Shown here in pieces: positions 1-6,229 of a stretch of 10,544 nt of DNA. A model generated the notes under the pieces. It was not told the origin of the DNA. It made no database searches and saw nothing but the letters and a program-made list of their open reading frames with translations. The DNA is from an uncultured Myxococcales bacterium (lineage in GTDB: Bacteria; Myxococcota; UBA4151): contig CAXGWI010000126.1 in NCBI GenBank assembly GCA_964013405.1, forward strand, positions 1 through 10,544, written 5' to 3'. The stretch's first letter is position 1. The number at the start of each line of letters is the position of its first letter. A program made the position numbers and the translations under genes.

Positions 1-516
1 CGCAAGGTGCTGAGCCTGTTTGGTATCGATAAGTTGGTTCCTGTGGCTGGTCGAATGCGCCCGGCTGAGTCCATCGAGCCGATCGATACACCCCTGGGGA
101 GGATTGGTGGCTTGATCTGCTATGAGGGAGTCTTTCCCGAGGCGAGCCTAAGCTTGGCCAGGCAGGGCGCCACCCTGTTAGTCAACCCGACCAACGACAC
201 TTGGTATGGCGCCACCAGTGGCCCTTGGCAGCACTTGGAGTTCTACCGAATGCGAGCCCTTGAGACCGGGCGGCCCATCATTCGGGTGGCAAACAGTGGC
301 ATCAGCGGTTGGTTTGACCCCTTGGGCCGGGAACACGGGCTGACCCCCTTGGACCAGGAGGTGGCAGCGGTGGTTCGGGTGAATCGGGCCACGGTCGAGA
401 CCCCTTACGTTCGGCTCGCGGGTGCGCCCAGTTGGCTACTCCTTGCGGTGGCGCCACTCCTTTTGCTCCTGGCCCTGTTGCGCCGACCTGAGACCGAGGA
501 TACGGAACCGGTATGA
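1..516 (+). CDS. lnt: Apolipoprotein N-acyltransferase, C-terminal part (5' end outside window)
   Basis: Frame is open from base 1. It carries nitrilase-fold motifs typical of Lnt: GLICYEGVF (catalytic Cys), LVNPTNDTWYG, QH..RMRALETGRPIIRVANSGISG, then a C-terminal TM helix. Its TGA overlaps the prfB ATG (ATGA, 513-516). Confidence 0.95.
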   Translation, partial: RKVLSLFGIDKLVPVAGRMRPAESIEPIDTPLGRIGGLICYEGVFPEASLSLARQGATLLVNPTNDTWYGATSGPWQHLEFYRMRALETGRPIIRVANSGISGWFDPLGREHGLTPLDQEVAAVVRVNRATVETPYVRLAGAPSWLLLAVAPLLLLLALLRRPETEDTEPV

Positions 517-1613
517 GTGAACGTAGCAACCGAATCGAGTCCTTGGCAGTGAGGGTGAAGGCCCTGGTCGATGCGGCGAACCTTCCAGCCCTCGAAGAAC
601 GTCTTGAAGTGCTCGATGTGCAGATTGGTGAGCCTAGTTTCTGGGATGATGTCGAGAAAGCCACCGAAGTGAATAAGGAAAGGACTCGGTTGGCCGAGAG
701 CCTGGCCCGAATGCGGGGGCTCGAGACAAGCGTTCGGGACAATCTTGAACTGCTGGAGTTGGCCGAGTTGGAGGAGGACGAAGCGACCTTGGAGGTCATC
801 GACGTCGACGTGGCCGAACTCGAGGGGGTGATTCGCCAAGCCGAACTCGAGCGCATGCTTGGAGGCCCTCACGATCGGGCCAATGCGATCGTCCAGATCA
901 AGCCGGGGGCCGGCGGCACGGAGTCGATGGATTGGGCCGGGATGCTGTTGCGCATGCTCACTCGTTATTGCGAGTCGCGCCAGTGGAAGGTCAGCATGGT
1001 CGATTTTCAGCCGGGCGAGGAGGCGGGCGTTTCCAGCGCAACCTTCGAGGTCAGCGGCGAATCAGCCTATGGTTATTTGAAGGCAGAAACGGGAGTCCAC
1101 CGGCTGGTACGGATCAGTCCCTTTGACTCGAATGCAAGACGACACACGAGTTTTGCTGCGGTGGCCGTGATGCCTGAGTTGAGTGATGACATCGACGTGG
1201 AGGTGGATGAGAAGGACCTTCGAATCGATACCTACCGTTCCAGTGGAGCTGGTGGGCAACACGTCAACAAAACCGATTCAGCCGTTCGCCTGACCCACCT
1301 GCCAACCGGTGTCGTCGTCGCCTGTCAGCAGGAGCGAAGCCAGCATAAGAACAAAGCGAAGGCGCTCAAGATTCTCCAGGCTCGACTCTATGAGTTGGAG
1401 CGCCAAAAGCAGGCAGAGGAGCGGCAAGAGATCGCCGGAGAGAAGGGCGAAATCAACTTCGGTAGCCAGATTCGCTCCTACGTCTTGCAGCCTTATCAAA
1501 TGGTCAAAGACCTGCGCACGGGTCATGAAGTGAGCCAACCTCAGGCGGTCCTTGATGGCGCCTTGGATGGGTTCATCGAAGCCTTCCTACTCCTCCAGGC
1601 GGACCAGAACTAG
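513..1613 (+). CDS. prfB: Peptide chain release factor 2 (366 aa, single continuous ORF)
   Basis: RF2-specific SPF motif (HRLVRISPFDSNARRHTSF), GGQ motif (SSGAGGQHVNKTDSAVR), GAGGTESMDWA and GSQIRSYVLQPYQMVKDLRT. Confidence 0.98.
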   Translation: MSERSNRIESLAVRVKALVDAANLPALEERLEVLDVQIGEPSFWDDVEKATEVNKERTRLAESLARMRGLETSVRDNLELLELAELEEDEATLEVIDVDVAELEGVIRQAELERMLGGPHDRANAIVQIKPGAGGTESMDWAGMLLRMLTRYCESRQWKVSMVDFQPGEEAGVSSATFEVSGESAYGYLKAETGVHRLVRISPFDSNARRHTSFAAVAVMPELSDDIDVEVDEKDLRIDTYRSSGAGGQHVNKTDSAVRLTHLPTGVVVACQQERSQHKNKAKALKILQARLYELERQKQAEERQEIAGEKGEINFGSQIRSYVLQPYQMVKDLRTGHEVSQPQAVLDGALDGFIEAFLLLQADQN

Positions 1614-1760
1614 GGCCCGACTGCGGCGCCCTAAGCGCACTTGCGCGCCACGCGCGTGCGAGGTCGGGCCTATCCGTCAATCGTCCGAGCACCTGTCCTT
1701 TCGGTCAAATGACGTAGCGACCGCTGCGGTGGCCCGCCGAGAACTCCCCCGTCAACACTG

Positions 1761-1767
1761 GAAGGAG
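1761..1767 (+). promoter_or_regulatory. Shine-Dalgarno site for the PPC-repeat lipoprotein
   Basis: GAAGGAG lies 6 nt before ATG 1774, which supports 1774 rather than 1552 as the start. Confidence 0.7.
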
Positions 1768-1773
1768 TGTGCT

Positions 1774-3693
1774 ATGTCCATTCGAAGCACCTCGATTATC
1801 GCCGTCATCGCCATCACCGTCAGCGCCTGTGGTTCGGACCCATCCATTTCGGATGCCACGCAGCGTATCGACCGCAACGATGCCTATCATCCTGCTCGCG
1901 ACAATGGGGACGACCCCGGTCAGCAGAACAACAACAATTCGGGGAACGATAACACGGACCCGACGCCGGTCGATCCCGATCCGGGACCCGAGACCCAGCC
2001 CGAAGGTAACAGCTTCGACGACGCAATTCCGGTCGAGCCAGGCCAAGTGGTCGATGGGGCCATCGATCCGGCCGGCGAAGAGGACTGGTACCGATTTGTC
2101 GCGGGTCAGGCGCCGAACTACGAGATCTTCACAGCTGGTTCCATGGACACCCGCTGCTATCTCTACGACGATCGCAATCAGCAAGTGGCTGAGGACGACG
2201 ACGCGGGTGAGGGGCTGAACTGCAAGATCGTGCAGCCCTTGAGCGCCGGGCGGACCTATCACGTGATGGTTCGAGCCTACGCCGAGACCGTGACCGGTGA
2301 GTACACCCTCAGCATCGTCGCCGGGACTGAAGCCGTCGTCGACCCGCAGATTCAGGTGGATCCGCCCAACGGGATCGCTGGTTCGACCTTCAACGTGACT
2401 GGCACTGGCTTCACGGCCGCCAGCCAGGTGACCTTGGACTTCCGGGGTGAGGACCCCATCGACTCCATCGAGTTGACCGCCAATCGCAGCGGTGAAGTGA
2501 GCTACAGCTGGCGGACGACCCGTGGGCTGCGGGCTGGGAACTACCACCTGCGCTTGACGGACGAAGACTCCGGCGTCTCCAGTCGCTGGACGGGTGTCAG
2601 CGTTGAGGCCGTCGAAGCCGATGATCACGGTGACCGTCGGGAAGACGCCACCGACGCCGGATCTGGCGGTCGCTTCGAAGGTGAAGCCGGCACCCAGGAC
2701 GACGACTGGTTCCGCTTTCGGGCCACCGTTGCCGGTGAGTGGACCATCACCACCGAATCCGACATGGACACGGTCTGCACCGTCTTCGATCTTCAGGGTG
2801 AGCAGGTCGCCCGCAACGACGACGGCGGCGAAGGCCAAAACTGCCTGGTGGTTCAAGAACTGCAGGCGGGCACCACCTACTACGTGCTGGTGGAGCCCTT
2901 CGGTCAGCGCACCGGAAACTACACCCTCGTGATCACCGGTCCCGAAGGGGCGGTGGACGTGCAGCCCGGCCAGGGCGGCAACGGCGCTGAAGACCCCAAC
3001 GCTGATGACCACGGAGACAATGATGGTCGGGCGACCCTGCTGCCTCCCGTCATCCCGATGAACGGGTCCTTCGATAAGGACAATGATGAGGATTGGTTCG
3101 CTTTCGTGACCCCGGCCAGCGGTGTCTGGACCTTCATGACCATGGGCTTCTCTGATCCCGTCTGCACCCTGTTCGGTGGCGAAGGTCAGGAGTTGGATCA
3201 CAATGACAACGGTGGCGTGCTGTTCAACTGCATGATCGAGCGCCACTTGGAGTTGGGTGATGTGGTCTTCGTTCGAGTGACTCGGGGTCGGGGACCTGGT
3301 TTGGACAACTACGTCCTCAGCGCCCTGCCCCCCGGTGAAGAAGCCGCTGTGGATGCCGGTGATGATCATGGCGACAGCATCGCTGCCGCAACCCAGATCC
3401 AAGACGACGCAGTGGTCGGTGGCAACATCGAGGATGCTGGTGACCATGACTACATGCAGTTCGTCGCTGGGCGCACCGGTGCCTACCGAATCCACACCAC
3501 CGGCGCACTGGATACGGTCTGCCGCCTGTTGGACACCGATGGAACTGAAGTCGCTCAGAATGACGACGGTGGCGAAGGTCTGAACTGCCAGATCGATGCC
3601 GACCTGACACAAGGGCGCCGTTACTTCCTTCACATTCGCGCCTTTGGAGCGAATGCCACGGGCGACTACGAGCTTGCATTGGCTACCCCCTAA
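1774..3693 (+). CDS. Lipoprotein (639 aa) with four PPC-like (pre-peptidase C-terminal) beta-sandwich repeats and one Ig-like domain; putative surface binding or adhesion protein
   Basis: Signal peptide MSIRSTSIIAVIAITVSA-C has a lipobox (VSAC). A D/N/P-rich linker follows, then four ~105-aa repeats with consensus DDHGD..AT..G.I...D.DWF.F...T...DTxC.L.D..G..VA.NDDGGEG.NC.I...L..G..Y.V.V...TG.Y.L. An Ig-like segment (IQVDPPNGIAGSTFNVTGTGF) sits between repeats 1 and 2. No catalytic motif recognised. Confidence 0.8.
   Translation: MSIRSTSIIAVIAITVSACGSDPSISDATQRIDRNDAYHPARDNGDDPGQQNNNNSGNDNTDPTPVDPDPGPETQPEGNSFDDAIPVEPGQVVDGAIDPAGEEDWYRFVAGQAPNYEIFTAGSMDTRCYLYDDRNQQVAEDDDAGEGLNCKIVQPLSAGRTYHVMVRAYAETVTGEYTLSIVAGTEAVVDPQIQVDPPNGIAGSTFNVTGTGFTAASQVTLDFRGEDPIDSIELTANRSGEVSYSWRTTRGLRAGNYHLRLTDEDSGVSSRWTGVSVEAVEADDHGDRREDATDAGSGGRFEGEAGTQDDDWFRFRATVAGEWTITTESDMDTVCTVFDLQGEQVARNDDGGEGQNCLVVQELQAGTTYYVLVEPFGQRTGNYTLVITGPEGAVDVQPGQGGNGAEDPNADDHGDNDGRATLLPPVIPMNGSFDKDNDEDWFAFVTPASGVWTFMTMGFSDPVCTLFGGEGQELDHNDNGGVLFNCMIERHLELGDVVFVRVTRGRGPGLDNYVLSALPPGEEAAVDAGDDHGDSIAAATQIQDDAVVGGNIEDAGDHDYMQFVAGRTGAYRIHTTGALDTVCRLLDTDGTEVAQNDDGGEGLNCQIDADLTQGRRYFLHIRAFGANATGDYELALATP
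2002..3690 (+). repeat. Four degenerate intragenic domain repeats (approx. 2002-2320, 2617-2940, 3001-3330, 3358-3690)
   Basis: Recurrent DDHGD, DW(Y/F), D(T/P)xC, (N/D)D(D/N)xGxxxNC and GxYxL motifs; DNA-level echoes such as GACGACGGCGGCGAAGG (repeat 2) and GACGACGGTGGCGAAGG (repeat 4). Confidence 0.85.
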
Positions 3694-3730
3694 ACGGGTG
3701 GCAAAAACACCCCGAGCGTTTGCGAGGGGG

Positions 3731-3766
3731 AACAGCCGGGCGCGAGAGCGCCCGGTTTGTTTTTTC
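3731..3766 (+). terminator. Rho-independent terminator after the PPC-repeat lipoprotein gene
   Basis: Stem GCCGGGCGC / GCGCCCGGT with a GAGA (GNRA) tetraloop, followed by TTGTTTTTTC, about 40 nt after the TAA stop. Confidence 0.85.
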
Positions 3767-3797
3767 GTTGGGCGGCCCAGGTGAAAGTTGGGCTTCG

Positions 3798-3826
3798 TTG
3801 ACCAGGGGCCGGCCATGGGACAGACT
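3798..3826 (+). promoter_or_regulatory. Putative sigma70-type promoter for the cytochrome gene
   Basis: TTGACC (3798-3803), 17-nt spacer, CAGACT (3821-3826), just downstream of the terminator and upstream of SD AGGAG (3834-3838). Confidence 0.45.
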
Positions 3827-3845
3827 CGTGACCAGGAGATCAGCG

Positions 3846-4304
3846 ATGAAAAAGATGATGAAGGTCTTTAGCCTCTTGGGGCTCGCTGCTCTTGGCGTCG
3901 CCTGTGGTGATGGCGTCCTGTTTGACGAGGACTTTAAATCGAGTTTCGTCAAGGTCTCCACGACCTGTGAGCAGAGCCCGACCCACGGAAACGATCACAT
4001 GCAGGTCTGGGTCTCGTCCCAGGAGGTGGCTGATCTCATCGCCGCGTACGCCGATGGCAGCAACACCGCGCCAGACTATCCGGTCGATTCCATCCTCATC
4101 AAGGAACAGTACGCAGGCGACGACACCTGCAGTACCGTGACGGGCTGGACCGTGAGTAAAAAGATCACCGCCGGTCGCAATGATGATGGCAGTCACTGGG
4201 CCTATCAACGGGTGGAAGCGGACCGCAGCTTCACGGACTGGGCCGGCTGCCTCGACTGTCACCGGGGCTACAAGGCGGGCGACTTTGTCGCCTACAGCCC
4301 CTGA
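3846..4304 (+). CDS. Cytochrome P460-family monoheme c-type lipoprotein (152 aa)
   Basis: SD AGGAG precedes ATG 3846; lipobox LGVA-C20; YPVDSILIKE motif (P460 'GxxxVKE'-like), VSKK...HWAY, and C-terminal CLDCH heme motif followed by DFV. This is the P460 / cytochrome c'-beta arrangement. Confidence 0.78.
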   Translation: MKKMMKVFSLLGLAALGVACGDGVLFDEDFKSSFVKVSTTCEQSPTHGNDHMQVWVSSQEVADLIAAYADGSNTAPDYPVDSILIKEQYAGDDTCSTVTGWTVSKKITAGRNDDGSHWAYQRVEADRSFTDWAGCLDCHRGYKAGDFVAYSP

Positions 4305-4314
4305 TTCATAGCGT

Positions 4315-5586
4315 GTGGCCGTGAGGGCCTCCCGTCCATGGGTGCTCGCCTTGATCGGGCTGGCTTTCTTGAATGCACCCAGGGCTGAAGCCTGCGGTCA
4401 GCAAACCCACACGTGGATCAGCTTGAAGGCGCTGGAGCTTTTGCCGGAGGGGCCCCTTCGCCGGCTCCTGAGCGATCCGGCCCAGCGAGAGATGCTGGTC
4501 AACGGCAGCATGTTTCCTGACGGTGGTTATGCCATCGACCACCCTTACGGCGAAGCGGCCCATTGGGCCCCTTTCCACCGGGCCTACTTGGCTTGGATTC
4601 AAGAGCAGTACGACGCACCGTACGACGACCCGGTGGCAGCAACCCATGTGGCATTTTTGATGGGTCTGAGTTCCCATGGTCTGGCTGATGAATACTACGA
4701 TGCCACCTTTTTTGCCGCCTCTCGAGTTCATGATGCTCGACCCGATGACCTCGATCACCACGACAATTTCGATACCCAGACGGACATCCTTTTTGCGGCG
4801 GCTTCAGCGCACCGAATCGAGCCCAGCGCAGTGCTGCCGATGGAGCCTATTCTGCACATCTTCGACAATGTGCTGAATCTGTCGGTAGAGGCGGACCAAA
4901 TCCAGCGGGGCCAAGAGTTACTCCAGACCGCAGCCTGGCTGGTTGCGACCAGCTCCCAGAATCCCTCCGAGTTGGCCACCGCCCATATCGCCTATCCTTG
5001 GGCCGGCGAGCACATCGAGGACCCGGCGGTTTCGGGAAGTCCGCCTGTGATTGCGGAAGCCGTGGCCGCCCAGTGGCAAGCGTTGTGGGCGACCCTTCAA
5101 GGGGAACAGTCCTTCAACGATCTGCCTGTTAGTTTCGCGTGGCCCCGACAGGGAGAACCATTGACCAGTCGTCAGGGGGGCGAGCCCGAGGCCCGAGTCG
5201 CTGTGATCTTAAGTGCGGCCATCGATCGGGCTGCCCAACTCTCTGAGTTAGGGACCGCCGTGGAGGAGGCGAAGGGGACCGTACCCCACAGCAGTGCCTT
5301 CTTTTATCGAGACCGGAGCCACGTGGTGGTGGTCGATCCGGAGACGGCCTGGCCTGCGGTAGAGCGCCTGGACTTCACGCTGCCCGCGGGCTTGCAGACC
5401 TTTGATGGCGATGTTCTGGACGAGCCCGCGACCGTCTCGTTTCGGACCATCCCCGTCATCCCGGACCCCCCCCTGGAGACCGGTTGCTCCTGCGTTGGTG
5501 GCGAAAGAAGCGCCTTCTTGTGGCTCGTGGTGCTGCTGAGCCTTAGCGTTCGTAGCGGTAGCCGGCGCCGTGTACGGTCCGAATGA
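4315..5586 (+). CDS. Exported Zn-dependent phospholipase C-superfamily protein (GPI-PLD-like catalytic domain), Ig-like domain and MYXO-CTERM-like sorting tail
   Basis: Signal peptide ends AEA, then CGQQTH, GSMFPDGGY, EAAHWAPF, VAFLMGLSSHGLAD (HxxxD), DTQTD. A Big_5-like segment (VVVVDP..W....FTLPAGLQTFDG..L......SFRT) follows, and the C-terminus is GCSC, a hydrophobic stretch and an Arg cluster. The GTG start has no clear SD, so the start is approximate. Confidence 0.78.
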   Translation: MAVRASRPWVLALIGLAFLNAPRAEACGQQTHTWISLKALELLPEGPLRRLLSDPAQREMLVNGSMFPDGGYAIDHPYGEAAHWAPFHRAYLAWIQEQYDAPYDDPVAATHVAFLMGLSSHGLADEYYDATFFAASRVHDARPDDLDHHDNFDTQTDILFAAASAHRIEPSAVLPMEPILHIFDNVLNLSVEADQIQRGQELLQTAAWLVATSSQNPSELATAHIAYPWAGEHIEDPAVSGSPPVIAEAVAAQWQALWATLQGEQSFNDLPVSFAWPRQGEPLTSRQGGEPEARVAVILSAAIDRAAQLSELGTAVEEAKGTVPHSSAFFYRDRSHVVVVDPETAWPAVERLDFTLPAGLQTFDGDVLDEPATVSFRTIPVIPDPPLETGCSCVGGERSAFLWLVVLLSLSVRSGSRRRVRSE

Positions 5587-6229
5587 TCTGCGGGTTTTTG
5601 GGGTCCACTTCGATCCGCTTCCGCAGCTGACTGATTTGTTGGTCGAGGTGGCGACTGTTGGGAAGGTAGTCGTGACCCCAGCACTCATCGGTCATCAACT
5701 GCCTGTCCACCACCTGCCCTGCGCGCTCATGCAGGAGTTGAAGGATCGCCAGGTCCCTCAGGCTGAGGTCGATGGCTTCCTCACCCCGTTTTGCCCGTAG
5801 TTCGAGGGGGTGGATGGTTAGGTCTCCCATGTCGAAGGGCTCTTTTTCGGGGCTGGGTGTTTGCCGTTTCAGGCAGCGTCGGCTCACGGCTCGCACGCGG
5901 GCTTGAACCTCGCGCACCCCGAAAGGTTTGGTGATGAAGTCATCGGCCCCCAACTCCAAACCCAGGACTTTATCGATCTCTTCGGATTTTGCCGTGATGA
6001 AGATGATGGGCACATCGCTGTTCTCTTGGCGGATTTGCCGACAGACATCGTAGCCACTGAGATGGGGCATCATCACATCCAGGCAGACGAAGTCTGGTTG
6101 ATGTTCTCGAAAAGATGCGAGGGCCACCGCACCATCGGGTGCTTCGATCACTTGATAGCCTTCGACTTGGAGCAATTCCCTGAGTCCTTGGCGGATCAGG
6201 CTGTCGTCTTCGGCGATTAAGACCTTCAT
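5543..6229 (-). CDS. OmpR/PhoB-family DNA-binding response regulator (228 aa)
   Basis: Receiver domain: IAEDD, CLDVMMP (phospho-Asp), ITAK, GADDFITKPF. Winged-helix C-terminus: ISQLRKRIE..PKNPQIIRTVHGAGYR. ATG overlaps the kinase TGA (ATGA). Confidence 0.96.
   Translation of the reverse strand: MKVLIAEDDSLIRQGLRELLQVEGYQVIEAPDGAVALASFREHQPDFVCLDVMMPHLSGYDVCRQIRQENSDVPIIFITAKSEEIDKVLGLELGADDFITKPFGVREVQARVRAVSRRCLKRQTPSPEKEPFDMGDLTIHPLELRAKRGEEAIDLSLRDLAILQLLHERAGQVVDRQLMTDECWGHDYLPNSRHLDQQISQLRKRIEVDPKNPQIIRTVHGAGYRYER

Noticed and set aside
1552..1773. N-terminal extension of the 713-aa ORF
   Set aside because: Overlaps prfB; the SD and lipoprotein signal peptide place the start at 1774.
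1908..2001. AAC-rich and CCCGAC/GACCCG-like short repeats as a tandem array
   Set aside because: They encode an Asn/Asp/Pro-rich linker in frame; no constant repeat-spacer structure.
3694..3730. Hairpin GGGTG-GCAAAAA-CACCC with GGCAAA, resembling a c-di-GMP-I riboswitch fragment
   Set aside because: The rest of the GEMM consensus (GNRA-capped P2, GACGCAAAGC, tetraloop receptor) is absent; most likely a simple 3' UTR stem.
1705..3816. 703-aa minus-strand ORF
   Set aside because: Antisense shadow of the PPC-repeat lipoprotein in the codon-aligned frame, common in GC-rich DNA; no recognisable motifs.
3720..3845. N-terminal extension of the cytochrome ORF
   Set aside because: Runs through the terminator; SD and signal peptide support ATG 3846.
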